NCBI GenBank assembly: GCA_965602015.1
Contig: OZ271918.1
Coordinates: 3,232,001 to 3,296,000, forward strand
DNA: 64,000 bases
Origin: Salinispira sp.
GTDB taxonomy: Bacteria > Spirochaetota > Spirochaetia > DSM-27196 > Salinispiraceae
Reading direction: 5' to 3'
The notes below the pieces were generated by a model, which worked only from the letters and a program-made list of their open reading frames with translations, searched no databases and had not been told where the DNA came from. Made by a program: the position numbers and the translations under genes. Shown here piece after piece: positions 48,607 through 59,431 of this stretch (the first letter of the stretch is position 1; each line of letters opens with the position of its first letter).

Positions 48607-49446
48607 TTATCCGACGGAATCACCCTTTCCCTGGAAGCTGTCCATGCTCCTGTGAATGTTGAGAAAGCGCAGGAAGGACTGAAACAGGGCATCCGGCAGG
48701 ACGGCACGGAAAAATATAGCCAATGATACGGACCGTGGAAGCATCCGCCGGTTTCGTCGACGGCGGATTGAGGTGATGATCGCCCGGGCGACGTGGTCGT
48801 GGGATCTGACTCCCGGAACGATGAGCCCGCCCAAGCCGGGAATGTTCGAGCCCTCGAACATTCCGGTCTTTAAATAGACCGGGTGAATGGTGCCTATGTG
48901 CAGGGTTTTTACGCCCAGAACATGCATTTCCTGGCGAAGGGATTCGGAAAACCCCCACACCGCCCATTTCGCGGCGCTGTATGCCGTGAGGCCCGCAGTG
49001 CCGATGACACCGGCCGCAGAGGAAATATTGATAATGTGGCTTCGAGGCTGTTTTTTGAGATGCGGCAGGGCAAGGTAGCTCAGGCGCATCAGGGCTTCAA
49101 CGTTTACCAGCATGGTGCGGCTCCACAGCTCGAAATCCCTATCTTCAAAAAAACCCTTCGCCACATATCCCGCGTTATTCACCAGAATGCTCAATCCCCC
49201 GAGGGCCTGCACGCTTGCGTTCAGCGAGCTCTCGACGGCCTCGGCATCGGTGACATCGCACAGTTCCGTGTGAATCGAATACCCCTTGCCGGAACATTCT
49301 TCCCGGAACTGGTGGAGGGCTTCCCGATTGAAATCCCACACAGCGACCTTCGCGCCGAGATCCAATAGTCTCAGTACGGCTGCCCGGCCTATGCCGCCGG
49401 CGCCGCCGGTGACGATAGCCGTATGCCGACTCCAATCAATCGCCAT
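48607..49446 (-). CDS. SDR family oxidoreductase
   Basis: TGGAGGIG, NNAG, ISSAAG, YSAAK. Confidence 0.92.
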   Translation of the reverse strand: MAIDWSRHTAIVTGGAGGIGRAAVLRLLDLGAKVAVWDFNREALHQFREECSGKGYSIHTELCDVTDAEAVESSLNASVQALGGLSILVNNAGYVAKGFFEDRDFELWSRTMLVNVEALMRLSYLALPHLKKQPRSHIINISSAAGVIGTAGLTAYSAAKWAVWGFSESLRQEMHVLGVKTLHIGTIHPVYLKTGMFEGSNIPGLGGLIVPGVRSHDHVARAIITSIRRRRNRRMLPRSVSLAIFFRAVLPDALFQSFLRFLNIHRSMDSFQGKGDSVG

Positions 49447-49477
49447 TATCCCCCCTGGTACATCTGTAACTATGCGT

Positions 49478-50818
49478 TTACTGCGGTTCTCCCAGAACCC
49501 GGCGAAGGGTTTCTCGGTGTTCCCGGTTCCCGATAATCTGAAGCGCCTGTGCGGGATCCGGGGGATTCTGATTATACCATATACCCTGAGTTATTTTGAC
49601 AGAAATTATCCTTCGCGCCGCCGCGTCTATGCGATCAAGGGGTAAACGCCGGTAAACCGCTTCCATCAGGAGACGATCCCTTTGCTCCATCGGGTCGGGG
49701 GGGATGAGCAGCATATCCGCACCGTTGGCTATGGCAAGCACTCCGGCTTCTTCCGGGCTTTCAAGGTCCTTCAGGCCCCGCATTTCCAGCGCGTCTGTGA
49801 TTATCAAACCTTCGTAACCAATTTCCCCCCGCAGGAGCTCAGTAAGAAAGTACGGAGAAAGGGAAGCCGGAAGATCGCCGCCGTCAATCGAAGGAAAATA
49901 CATGTGGGCGGTCATTACTCCCCCGGCACCGGCCTCGGCAGCCCTCACAAAAGGTATGAGTTCCAGGCTGTCGAGCCGCCGACGATCGTGATCCAGACTG
50001 ATAATCTCGTAATGACTGTCGCCCGAACTGTCGCCGTGACCGGGAAAATGTTTGACGACCGAAATGACCCCGTTCTCCTGGAGGGCCGCAACTCCCGATT
50101 CAACAAAATCCGCCACGGTTTGCGGGTCGGATCCGAAGGCCCGGGTTCGGATTACCGGATTATCGGCCTGGCTCATAACATCAGCAACCGGGGCAAAATT
50201 CATGTTTATGCCCAGAGCCGCCAGCTCCCGGCCGATAATGCCGTACAGTTCGGCGGCAGTGCTCGGATCTCCGGTATTCCCCATGACCTCGGCTGAAGGA
50301 ACCGGCGTCGCCGGAATATTTCCGCTTCGGACAAGCCGGCTCACCAGGCCCCCTTCTTCATCCACCGCCAAAAACAGGGGAAGCAAACTGGATGAAATCA
50401 GCTCCCCGACAAGCCCGGTGACCTGGGGAACAGTCTCGAAATTCTCCCGAAACAGAATAACTCCCCCCGGCCGGATCGCCTCAATGAGTGCGGTGTCCGC
50501 GGGCTCCAGGGCTTGCAGGGGATTTCCGTTCTCGCCGTAGCGGAACTGAAGCATGAAGAGCTGACCGATTTTGTCGCTGAGGCTCATGGTTTCCAGAATG
50601 GCATCGGCCTCGCTCCGTGAATCGAAGCCGGCCTCCGGGATTTCCGACCCGTGGCGGTTCGCCTCCGAGGTGCCGGCGATACCCGCAGCGGCGATGTCGC
50701 CGGCCTGTAAATCGGAAACAGAATTGGAGCAGGAGGAAAAAAGCAGTATAATTACGGAAAGCAGTCTGCAAAGCCGTCGCAGACTGACCCGCCCGTCAAC
50801 AGTAATATATGAATTCAT
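49478..50818 (-). CDS. GH3 beta-N-acetylhexosaminidase (NagZ-like), predicted lipoprotein
   Basis: AVDEEGG.V.R, NFAPVADV, KHFPGHGDSSGDSH, ITDALEM; lipobox LFSSC. Confidence 0.9.
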   Translation of the reverse strand: MNSYITVDGRVSLRRLCRLLSVIILLFSSCSNSVSDLQAGDIAAAGIAGTSEANRHGSEIPEAGFDSRSEADAILETMSLSDKIGQLFMLQFRYGENGNPLQALEPADTALIEAIRPGGVILFRENFETVPQVTGLVGELISSSLLPLFLAVDEEGGLVSRLVRSGNIPATPVPSAEVMGNTGDPSTAAELYGIIGRELAALGINMNFAPVADVMSQADNPVIRTRAFGSDPQTVADFVESGVAALQENGVISVVKHFPGHGDSSGDSHYEIISLDHDRRRLDSLELIPFVRAAEAGAGGVMTAHMYFPSIDGGDLPASLSPYFLTELLRGEIGYEGLIITDALEMRGLKDLESPEEAGVLAIANGADMLLIPPDPMEQRDRLLMEAVYRRLPLDRIDAAARRIISVKITQGIWYNQNPPDPAQALQIIGNREHRETLRRVLGEPQ

Positions 50819-50984
50819 ATGTATACAAATTTGCACAACCTCGTGAGATTGTGCCGCCGCACAAAAAAATACGGTACCTAAGTTTCTTTATTGCAATGGT
50901 TTACAGGACGCTCTCTTGAACAACATGCTTGGCATGGTTGTTGCTTATTCGTAGGTACAGCTAAGCAAAAAAGGCAACAGGATT

Positions 50985-51620
50985 ATGAGCGACCATACAA
51001 TACCGCTGATACTAACACAAAACAAACGAGAACGGGTCATTTCACGGGAAATCCGGACAGAAATAATCCGAAAAACCATACATATGCTCATCGCTTTCAC
51101 CCCGCTTCTTGCCCAGACCCTGGGCAGAAACATCACCGTGGGACTGCTCCTTTCAGGCATACTCATGTACACCGCGGCGGAGAGCCTTCGCCTTCACGGT
51201 AAGCGGGTCTTCCTCATCAGCCGGCTCACCAGGCTGTCTTCCCGCAAGCGGGATCAGGGACATTTTGTGCTGGCCCCGGTAACCCTCGGCTTCGGCGCCG
51301 TCCTGGCTCTTGCCCTGTACCCCGAACCCGCCGCCTCGGTTGCCATTTACGCCCTTGCATTCGGCGACGGCTTATCCAGTCTCTTCGGTAAAATATTCGG
51401 TACGGTCAAAATCCCCTTTACCGGCGGAAAATCCGTCGAGGGCAGTTTCACCTGCTTCACTGCCGTACTGTTTTCAAGTTTTATCGTTTTGCAGAACCTT
51501 CAGTTCGCATTGCTCATTGCCCTGTTCGCGACCTTTCTTGAAGCTCTTCCGACCAAGGACTTCGACAATCTGGTGCTTCCCGCCGGTACAGGACTATTTG
51601 CAGCCCTGCTGATTCTGTAA
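50985..51620 (+). CDS. Dolichol/phytol kinase-like (CTP_transf/SEC59) membrane protein
   Basis: RKTIH, LAFGDGLSSLFG, GKSVEGS, DFDNL motifs. Confidence 0.85.
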   Translation: MSDHTIPLILTQNKRERVISREIRTEIIRKTIHMLIAFTPLLAQTLGRNITVGLLLSGILMYTAAESLRLHGKRVFLISRLTRLSSRKRDQGHFVLAPVTLGFGAVLALALYPEPAASVAIYALAFGDGLSSLFGKIFGTVKIPFTGGKSVEGSFTCFTAVLFSSFIVLQNLQFALLIALFATFLEALPTKDFDNLVLPAGTGLFAALLIL

Positions 51621-51630
51621 GCCGAGCCCC

Positions 51631-52497
51631 TTAATACCAGAAATAATCGTAAAACAGCTGAATAAAGTAGAATGACAAGCCCACCGTCAACATGACGGCG
51701 CCAACCGTGGAAGACGCGGCTGTTGTACCAAAGTGAAAAACGCTGTGACCGATAAGGTACATCATCGAGAAAACCACTCGCGATAGTTCCCGCCTGCTAA
51801 AATTCTCCCAGAGGTGCGAAATATACCCGGCGAGGGTCAAGAGAAGAATTCCCCCGACGAACGAAAGAAATTCCGTAATAAACGCCGTTTGGAACATGAA
51901 GTTCGCATCGGTGCTTCCGGTCTCCATGGGAAGGGAGATGGCGATGAACACCGAGAGCGCGGCAATAATCGACATGGCGGTTCCCTGGTGCTGATATTTA
52001 ACACCGAGAAAATACAAACTGATGGTAAATCCGCTGAGCAGACCCATTATATACACGCCGACGCTGATCCGCGACAGCAGTATAATCAGAGACTGATAGG
52101 TCCCGAAGTATTGGAGAATGAGGCTGAGAACCTTAATCAGTTCGCCGGACAGACTGAACAGGAATATATAGAGGAAGAGCAGATGAGACGCGGTGATCCG
52201 GCGAAAAAACCGGATAAACAGTCCGGAAAACAACGCAGAAATCAGGAGCAGCACCGCCGAACTGGCAACCACCCTAATGACCTGCCCCGCATCGTCCCGG
52301 GACAAAACGTCGGAGACCACTGCGATACCCGAGAGGCTGTCGTTGGCTTCACTGGATATCAGGGGCGAAATAACGGCGCGCACCGGAAAAATTTCCGGGA
52401 AGAGAGCCCCCAATGCAAAAAAGAGCACCGCAAACGCGGCGCCGATTATCCAGATATAGGCAATCCAATAGATGAGCTGTCGGGTGCGCACCGTCAT
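51631..52497 (-). CDS. Hypothetical polytopic membrane protein
   Basis: About 8 hydrophobic helices; TGn-TATACT 6 nt upstream. Confidence 0.75.
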   Translation of the reverse strand: MTVRTRQLIYWIAYIWIIGAAFAVLFFALGALFPEIFPVRAVISPLISSEANDSLSGIAVVSDVLSRDDAGQVIRVVASSAVLLLISALFSGLFIRFFRRITASHLLFLYIFLFSLSGELIKVLSLILQYFGTYQSLIILLSRISVGVYIMGLLSGFTISLYFLGVKYQHQGTAMSIIAALSVFIAISLPMETGSTDANFMFQTAFITEFLSFVGGILLLTLAGYISHLWENFSRRELSRVVFSMMYLIGHSVFHFGTTAASSTVGAVMLTVGLSFYFIQLFYDYFWY

Positions 52498-52578
52498 GAC
52501 ATGAGTATAGCATGTAGTCCGAAAGAAAATGCTACAGTATCGGTACGGACGTTCGATAAACTATATGGAGGTTCATCC

Positions 52579-53295
52579 ATGTTGTCACAATTTCGAAAAA
52601 TCAGGTGTTTGATTCCTGTTGCCATTGCGTTGTTGCTACTGACGGCAGCACCGCTCTTCGCGGGTGATGTGGCGTATTTCCTGAACCTCGGATTCAGCGA
52701 AGACAGTTCGGCCTTTATGTTCGGCCAGTACGGCATTGACGAGGAGACTTCGTACCCCTACGCGGAGAGCTATATCGTTGACGTGGCGGAAAACGAATTC
52801 GTCCCCGGCGGCACAGCCCAGATTATAGCGGACAGTCCGGCGGTTCCCGGTCAGGACGGAATCGGCGCCCTGTTCAACCTCACACGGCAACAGAACGAAA
52901 TCGTTGCCGAATACCGAATTGATCATCTCAATATGGGACGCCTTGTATACCTCTACATCAATGGAAGCGAACCCCGACGGCAAATACGTTTCCGTGATTT
53001 TAACACCGGCACCCGATACACAATAAACCTCGAACAAACCGTGAGGGGGAGTGAATCGTCCCCCGAGGCCGCCTTCCATATAAATTTCGCATCTGAAACT
53101 AGCGATGGCGGACGGGAGGCCAGGACCATCGGTTTGCCGAATTTCTACCGGAAAAATATCAACAACTACAATATCAAACAGGTCCTGCTTTCCCCCGACG
53201 GTAATTCGGTCATAATCGTCGTTGAAAAAATCCTCGATTACGAGGGCGGCAGATATCTGCGCTACATGGTTGAAACTGCCCGACTTAACAACTAA
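52579..53295 (+). CDS. DUF2259 family exported protein
   Basis: Signal peptide ending LFA-GD; NLGFSED...FMFGQYG, VDVAEN.FV, RYMVET; SD GGAGG. Confidence 0.8.
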   Translation: MLSQFRKIRCLIPVAIALLLLTAAPLFAGDVAYFLNLGFSEDSSAFMFGQYGIDEETSYPYAESYIVDVAENEFVPGGTAQIIADSPAVPGQDGIGALFNLTRQQNEIVAEYRIDHLNMGRLVYLYINGSEPRRQIRFRDFNTGTRYTINLEQTVRGSESSPEAAFHINFASETSDGGREARTIGLPNFYRKNINNYNIKQVLLSPDGNSVIIVVEKILDYEGGRYLRYMVETARLNN

Positions 53296-53306
53296 TATCC
53301 TCTGTT

Positions 53307-54761
53307 ATGGCAGAGAAAATAACTCCTCGAGAAGAAAACTATTCGGACTGGTATATCGATATCGTCACCCAGGCAAAACTCGCGGACTACAGTCCCGTTC
53401 GGGGCTCAATGGTCATAAGGCCCCGGGGTTACGCGATCTGGGAAAAGGTGCAGTCCAGCCTGGACCGGATGTTCAAGGAGACCGGGCATCAAAACGCCTA
53501 TTTCCCCCTCCTGATCCCCGAGGAGTTCATGCGCCGGGAAGCCGAGCACGTCGAGGGCTTCGCCCCCGAGCTCGCCGTCGTTACCCATGGCGGCGGTCAG
53601 GAGCTCGAGGAGCCGCTGGTAATCCGGCCCACTTCGGAAACCATCATCTGGAGCATGTACAATAAGTGGATCCAATCCTACCGCGACCTGCCGCTTTTAA
53701 TAAACCAATGGGCCAACGTGATGCGCTGGGAAAAGCGGACCAGACTGTTTCTCCGCACCAGCGAGTTCCTCTGGCAGGAGGGGCATACGGCCCACGCCAG
53801 CGCCGAGGAAGCTGAAAACGAAACCAAAACCATGCTCGAGGTGTACAAAACCTTTGCCGAAGAGTACATGGCCCTTCCGGTTCTCACGGGAGTAAAAAGC
53901 GAAAGCGAGAAATTCGCCGGAGCTGTCGCCACCTATGCCATTGAAGCGATGATGCAGGACGGCAAAGCCCTGCAGGCGGGAACCAGCCATTTCCTCGGAC
54001 AGAATTTCGCCAAGGCCTTCGACGTTACCTTTCAGAATAAAGAGGGAAAGCTCGACCACGTGTGGGCCTCCAGTTGGGGAGTATCTACCAGGCTGATAGG
54101 CGCGCTGATAATGGCTCACTCGGATGACAGCGGGCTCATCCTTCCTCCCAAACTCGCCCCCACCCAGGTTGTCGTGGTTCCCATCTACCGGAACAAGACC
54201 AAAGATGAGGTGATGGACTACAGCGACAAGATTTACGGCGAAATAAAAGAACGTCTCGGAGGACTTCCCCAGACCGTTCAAATGGACACCGATGAGCAAA
54301 ATTCTCCGGGCTGGAAATTCGCCGAGTATGAAATGATCGGCATACCGATCCGCATCGAAATCGGCCCGAGAGACATGGAAAACCGGAAGGTCATGCTGGT
54401 ACGCCGGGATACAAAAGAAAAAATTCTCATGGATGCCGAGAAGGTGGCTGACGCAATTCCCGGCATACTGGAAGATATCCAAAAAGGCCTGTACGAGCGG
54501 GCTAAAAAATTCCGTGACGACAACACGCGAACCGCCTCCAGCTACGAAGAATTCGTTGAAATATTTTCCGGAGACGGCGGCGCCGGCTTCGTCATCGCTC
54601 CCTGGAACGGCAGTCCGGAGGTCGAAGCGAAAATCAAAGCTGAAACCAAGGCGACCATCCGGGTTCTTCCCTTCGGAAACGAGGATGAGGCCCGGGGGAA
54701 GACCTGTATTTTCTCCGGAGAAAGTGCTCGCCACATGGCGGTATTCGCACGGGCATATTAA
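53307..54761 (+). CDS. proS: Proline--tRNA ligase (archaeal/eukaryotic-type)
   Basis: [53 protein letters not shown]-terminal FARAY. Confidence 0.97.
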   Translation: MAEKITPREENYSDWYIDIVTQAKLADYSPVRGSMVIRPRGYAIWEKVQSSLDRMFKETGHQNAYFPLLIPEEFMRREAEHVEGFAPELAVVTHGGGQELEEPLVIRPTSETIIWSMYNKWIQSYRDLPLLINQWANVMRWEKRTRLFLRTSEFLWQEGHTAHASAEEAENETKTMLEVYKTFAEEYMALPVLTGVKSESEKFAGAVATYAIEAMMQDGKALQAGTSHFLGQNFAKAFDVTFQNKEGKLDHVWASSWGVSTRLIGALIMAHSDDSGLILPPKLAPTQVVVVPIYRNKTKDEVMDYSDKIYGEIKERLGGLPQTVQMDTDEQNSPGWKFAEYEMIGIPIRIEIGPRDMENRKVMLVRRDTKEKILMDAEKVADAIPGILEDIQKGLYERAKKFRDDNTRTASSYEEFVEIFSGDGGAGFVIAPWNGSPEVEAKIKAETKATIRVLPFGNEDEARGKTCIFSGESARHMAVFARAY

Positions 54762-54770
54762 GAGGAAGCC

Positions 54771-55256
54771 ATGAAAAACTGTCCGTGCGGAAGCGGCAAA
54801 CCCTTTGCCCCGTGCTGCCAGCCTTTTCTGGACGGCAGCGCCGAGGCTCCCAGCGCCGAAGCCCTTATGAGATCCCGGTACAGCGCATATGTCCGGAACA
54901 ACATTGATTACATAATTAAGACCCACAACCCCGACACCCGGGACGGTCTCGATGTGGAGGCAACCAGGACCTGGGCTGAAGAATCCGAATGGCGCGGGCT
55001 GGAGATAATTCGCTGCGAGGACGGCTCAGAGGGCGACGAAACCGGACTTGTTGAGTTCAAGGCCTCCTACCTGCAAAACGGCGAAGAGCTGCGGCACCAC
55101 GAAGTCAGTTATTTCAAACGGGTCGGCGGGTCCTGGTTTTTCGATGAGGGATACCCGGCGCGTGATACCTACGTCAGGAAAGAACCAAAAATCGGAAGAA
55201 ACGATCCCTGCCCCTGCGGCAGCGGTAAAAAATATAAAAAATGCTGCGGAAGGTAA
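54771..55256 (+). CDS. YchJ family (UPF0225) protein with SEC-C motifs at both ends
   Basis: CPCGSGK...[39 protein letters not shown]. Confidence 0.92.
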   Translation: MKNCPCGSGKPFAPCCQPFLDGSAEAPSAEALMRSRYSAYVRNNIDYIIKTHNPDTRDGLDVEATRTWAEESEWRGLEIIRCEDGSEGDETGLVEFKASYLQNGEELRHHEVSYFKRVGGSWFFDEGYPARDTYVRKEPKIGRNDPCPCGSGKKYKKCCGR

Positions 55257-56314
55257 GTGTAGCGGTCGTTCTGTTCCTGTTTGCCTCCGGCTTTGTGGTA
55301 AACGCCTCCGGTGGCCGGGAAATAGCCGTGGGCATAGGTTTCGCCGACTACATCTTTCCATCAGCCCAGGACGGGAAGGTCAGAGCCTTCGCGACTGACA
55401 TGGTATTTACCGATCAGCCCAGTGAATTTGTGTATCAGACCCGCAATGGCAGCATTGTTACCCGCAAGATTTATTACCTGCATTCGAGAACCATCACCAC
55501 CGAAACCTGGGATATTTCCGGCTCGCACATACGCTTAACCGGCCTGCAGCAACAGGTGTATCTGGATGATAAGCCGGTAATAGCCGAAGTGGAGTTCCCG
55601 GATAACGGATTAATCCACAACATGTCGATGACCTTCATGGGCATCGGAGATCAGACGGGCCGGCCGGTGTACGCCGAAGAGGAACGGGTAATCAGCCTGG
55701 AGGAATCGTATTTTCACAACGAACAGGGCGATGTGCAAAGCGGCATAGTAATTGAGACCGCAGGCTCATACCGGGGCCCGGAGTTTGATTGGGAATCTGT
55801 GGCGATGGAATCGTTTTACCAGTACATTCTCGGTCTCGGCCTGGTGTATTCAAGCAACATCGACGAAGACGGTTGGGGCCGCAGTATACGTTACCAGGAC
55901 AGCATGAGTCTCGGGGAGTTCATGGAGATATGGACCGGCCGACGGGATCCCGGTGGCAAACGTGAATCCGGCGATGCGGATCTTATCCGGGTGTACATTC
56001 CCGCCAAATGGAACGACTGGTCCACTGTAGACGAAATGACTCAGGTTTCCGAGAATCTGTATTCCTTCAGGAAATGGTTTTTGCCCGATCGGACATACGA
56101 GTTCAGATTTTGGGACGGAAGCTGGCAGAGCACATATAATCTTACTGTCTCTCCCGACAATCACGCTGCAGATATTATTACGGGGTTCCCGGGCTATGCG
56201 TACGGAAATATTCCGCTCAAGGTACCGGTTGCAGGATACTACCGGATACTCTATCAACGGGAAGAGGGCATATACTGGATTGAAGGGCCTCTCACCCGGA
56301 ATTCCCCTCAGTAA
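55241..56314 (+). CDS. Hypothetical secreted protein with C-terminal putative carbohydrate-binding module
   Basis: Signal peptide; C-terminal [10 protein letters not shown]...M...Y...TYEFRF...W...GNI......GYY pattern. Confidence 0.65.
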   Translation: MLRKVSVAVVLFLFASGFVVNASGGREIAVGIGFADYIFPSAQDGKVRAFATDMVFTDQPSEFVYQTRNGSIVTRKIYYLHSRTITTETWDISGSHIRLTGLQQQVYLDDKPVIAEVEFPDNGLIHNMSMTFMGIGDQTGRPVYAEEERVISLEESYFHNEQGDVQSGIVIETAGSYRGPEFDWESVAMESFYQYILGLGLVYSSNIDEDGWGRSIRYQDSMSLGEFMEIWTGRRDPGGKRESGDADLIRVYIPAKWNDWSTVDEMTQVSENLYSFRKWFLPDRTYEFRFWDGSWQSTYNLTVSPDNHAADIITGFPGYAYGNIPLKVPVAGYYRILYQREEGIYWIEGPLTRNSPQ

Positions 56315-56411
56315 CGCCCACACACACTCTCTTACCTCGCCGCGGTTTTCTTTTGTGCCGGATTTTGCTATTTTATTTAGTATACTAAATATTTTCAAAA
56401 CTGGAGCCACC

Positions 56412-57755
56412 ATGAAATCATCCGGAAGAACACCGCTGCTGCGAGCAAAAAAGATTGAGTCGATGTTCGGGCTCGGCGAAGTATACCTTAAGTTGGAAGG
56501 TGCAAATCCGCACGGTCATAAGTTCGACCGCATCGGGGAAACTATCGTCCGGGATGCCCTGGCCGGCGGTTTCTCGTCAATCATCGCCGACGGCCCTCGC
56601 CGGTATCTGCACTGTCTGAAGCAATTCGCCGATGAACGGGAAATCGGGCTGCTCGTGCCCCTCTTTCCAAACCAGGCGTGGAAGCGCCAGGATTTCGCAG
56701 AGAATGAGCTCATAGACCTCAAGCGCACAGGCTCTGAAGACAGGGTCGGGGCAATCGAAAGAATATGCACAGAACGAAACTGCTATAACGGTGCGACGGG
56801 TTACCATAATTCTCACCTATCTATCCTCGCACTCGAAGAAATCGGCGAAGAACTGGTTGAGCGACTCGACGACATTACCACCGTATTCGCCCAGCTGAGC
56901 TACGGCTACACGGTATCGAGCCTTTACAACTCCTTTTTCCGCGGATGGACACGGGGAGAATTGGATCGGTATCCGAAAATTTATTCCTGCACGATTCCCA
57001 AAGGAAACCGCATTTATGAGGACTACAAGAAGCAAAACGGAATTGACGGGATCGATGATTACGAAATCAAACTCAATAAATACACCAAAGAACTGTACAT
57101 CGAGAACACTCAGCTTCTTGAGGATTCGCTGGGGGCCATACGAGATACTAACGGGCAAATTGTCAGCATAGATGAGAAGACTCTAAAAGAAGCATCGAAC
57201 GACCTTCGAAAAAGCGAGATGCTCAGCGTCTCGGCGGAGGAATGCTACGGCTTCGCCGGATTTTACAAACTTGCCAAGGAGGGCAGGCTCGAAAAAGGAA
57301 GGCATGTGGTAATCCTCAACGACGGACGGGCCGACATCGATATCCAACGGATTGAGGATTTTTCAGAACATTCGTCGGAGGAACTGCTCGCCTTTGTCGA
57401 TACCTTTCTCCAGCAATACGGCGACCCGGAACATGAAATGCGCGACGCCATTGCTCACGCGGTTTCCCGGGGTGCAATATTTTTGGCTAAAATGAACGGA
57501 GAAATCCAGGGGATCACCGTTGTTGTCCATACGGGGTTTGAAGAGTTTCTCCCAAAATACCACCTGGCGTATATTGGTACTAAACCCGGCCGGAAAGGAC
57601 GGGGAATTGCCAGCAGCCTCATAGAACAGGTTATTGCCTTCACCGAGGGCAACGTGTCATTACACGTAGATCTGGATAATTCCCGGGCTCGAAAGCTGTA
57701 TGAAAAATTCGGATTCAAGACAAAGTACTTCAGAATGATGTATGCCGGAGGGTAA
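56412..57755 (+). CDS. Degenerate PLP fold-type-II (threonine-synthase-like) domain fused to a GNAT acetyltransferase
   Basis: GRTPLLRA...VYLKLEGANPHGHKFDR; C-terminal LAYIGTKPGRKGRGIA and DNSRARKLYEKFGF. Confidence 0.85.
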   Translation: MKSSGRTPLLRAKKIESMFGLGEVYLKLEGANPHGHKFDRIGETIVRDALAGGFSSIIADGPRRYLHCLKQFADEREIGLLVPLFPNQAWKRQDFAENELIDLKRTGSEDRVGAIERICTERNCYNGATGYHNSHLSILALEEIGEELVERLDDITTVFAQLSYGYTVSSLYNSFFRGWTRGELDRYPKIYSCTIPKGNRIYEDYKKQNGIDGIDDYEIKLNKYTKELYIENTQLLEDSLGAIRDTNGQIVSIDEKTLKEASNDLRKSEMLSVSAEECYGFAGFYKLAKEGRLEKGRHVVILNDGRADIDIQRIEDFSEHSSEELLAFVDTFLQQYGDPEHEMRDAIAHAVSRGAIFLAKMNGEIQGITVVVHTGFEEFLPKYHLAYIGTKPGRKGRGIASSLIEQVIAFTEGNVSLHVDLDNSRARKLYEKFGFKTKYFRMMYAGG

Positions 57756-57757
57756 TT

Positions 57758-59431
57758 ATGAACACCCTGACTGATGCCGGGGAGTATCCATGGCAGGAGC
57801 AGATTGAACCCCTCTTTTTACGACTGGTGGCTGTAAAAAGCGATTCAAATACCGCCTTCGAAGGCATTATCGAGGAACTAATTCTAAGCTGGTTAAAAGG
57901 CCGGAAGTACTTCACCGAACATCCCGCACACACGGGTTCTGCCCCACTGCAGGGAGATATGCACAACCGAAGGGTTCTATGGGGATTGGTGAAGGGCCGG
58001 GGGGCTAAAACCGTCGTGCTGATACATCATCACGATACCGTCGACACGGCGGATTACGGAAAATTACGGGACCTGGCCCTCCGCCCGGATGAGCTTGCTG
58101 CTGCCCTCTCTCAACGGCGGCTTCAGCCGGCTGTCCGCGCCGACCTGGAGTCCGGCAGATGGTTATTCGGCAGGGGAACCGCGGACATGAAAGCCGGAGC
58201 CGCAATTCAGCTCGCAGCCCTGGACAGATTTTCCCAGGAGTCCGAACCGGAGGGAAATTTGCTGGTGCTCAGCGTTCCCGATGAGGAGTCCCTTTCAAGG
58301 GGCATGCTCGAGGCGGTAAGGCTTATGGATGACCTTCGGAAAGAACACGGCCTGGAGTATATCCTGACGGTAAATTCCGAACCCTATTTCAACCAGGTGC
58401 GCGGCAAGGCAATCCTCTTCGAGGGATCGGTGGGAAAAGTTATGCCCATTGTCTATGTCCGTGGAGTCAAAAGTCATGTTGGGGACCCCTATGCGGGAAT
58501 TAATCCCTCCCTCATTCTGGCTAATATTCAGAGGCTCACGGAGCTCAATACCGAATTGTGCGATGTTTCAGACACCGACGCCACTCCCCCGCCGGTGTGG
58601 GTGAATCTCAAGGATCGGAAAAAAGCCTACGATGCCTCTATTCCGGAGGCCGCAACGGGATACTTCAACTGGCTCACCTTCAACAAAACTCCTGCTGATA
58701 TCATCGAGATTATGATGGACCTTTCTTCAAGGGCTCTGAACGAAACCCTGTCCCATCACTCGGCTTCTTACCGCACGTTCTGCGAAATGACCGGGGACAA
58801 ACCTGACCTGGCGGATTTCGAGCCGCTGGTGTTGGATTTTGCCACCCTGTTTGCCCGGGCCCGGGAGCATGCCGGCAATGGTTTTTCCGAAGAGTACCGG
58901 TCCCTTGAGCAGTCGGTCGCAGACATGGTGGACCGGTCCCAGATTACGCTCCCTGAGGCAGCTATCAGACTACTGGAGTTCTGTGCAGAGGCGTCAGACC
59001 TTCAGGGGCCCGCCGTGGTCATCGGGCTGTCCGGCCCCTATTACCCTCATGTGGCAAACGCGAATCTGCCCGATGGATCCAGATATGATTTGCACAGACG
59101 TGTTGATGAGATGAGCAGACAGCTTTATGGAGTCAGCTATGAGTCCCGAAAATACTTTATGGGGATTTCCGACACTTCGTATGCATCATGGACCGGAGAT
59201 GACGAATCGACCAATGCCGTAAAGGAGAACAGTCCGGGTTGGGGCGGCATTTATCGAATTCCGTTTGCCTCACTGAAAAAACTGAATTCCCCGGTTCTCA
59301 ACCTTGGTCCATGGGGAAAGGATCTCCACAAACCCACGGAAAGGGTATTCGCCCCCGATGTGTATAATCGGGTACCGGAAATCCTCTATAGACTCATCGC
59401 GGATATCCTGGGAGAAACCGGCCCTTCATGA
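57758..59431 (+). CDS. RocB-like M20/M25/M40 metallo-amidohydrolase
   Basis: HHHDTV, GRGTADMKAG, VPDEES, NSEP, GSVGKVMP, GISDTSY, GPWGKDLHKPTER. Confidence 0.88.
   Translation: MNTLTDAGEYPWQEQIEPLFLRLVAVKSDSNTAFEGIIEELILSWLKGRKYFTEHPAHTGSAPLQGDMHNRRVLWGLVKGRGAKTVVLIHHHDTVDTADYGKLRDLALRPDELAAALSQRRLQPAVRADLESGRWLFGRGTADMKAGAAIQLAALDRFSQESEPEGNLLVLSVPDEESLSRGMLEAVRLMDDLRKEHGLEYILTVNSEPYFNQVRGKAILFEGSVGKVMPIVYVRGVKSHVGDPYAGINPSLILANIQRLTELNTELCDVSDTDATPPPVWVNLKDRKKAYDASIPEAATGYFNWLTFNKTPADIIEIMMDLSSRALNETLSHHSASYRTFCEMTGDKPDLADFEPLVLDFATLFARAREHAGNGFSEEYRSLEQSVADMVDRSQITLPEAAIRLLEFCAEASDLQGPAVVIGLSGPYYPHVANANLPDGSRYDLHRRVDEMSRQLYGVSYESRKYFMGISDTSYASWTGDDESTNAVKENSPGWGGIYRIPFASLKKLNSPVLNLGPWGKDLHKPTERVFAPDVYNRVPEILYRLIADILGETGPS

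Noticed and set aside
50807..50854. Palindromes upstream of the GH3 gene (ATATGAATTCATAT; GCACAA.CTC-GT-GAG.TTGTGC)
   Set aside because: Could be an operator, but no second copy or cognate regulator is in the window, so it is not supportable
51814..52578. N-terminal 255 aa of the 493-aa ORF 51814..53295
   Set aside because: Antisense to the membrane gene 51631..52497; the real start is ATG 52579 with a GGAGG SD and signal peptide
53697..54926. 409-aa antisense ORF opposite proS, and similar shadow ORFs (540..1253, 2951..3709, 16580..17350, 31403..32191, 35806..36669, 40091..40849)
   Set aside because: Fully overlap well-supported genes on the opposite strand; expected from GC-rich codon bias; no recognisable motifs
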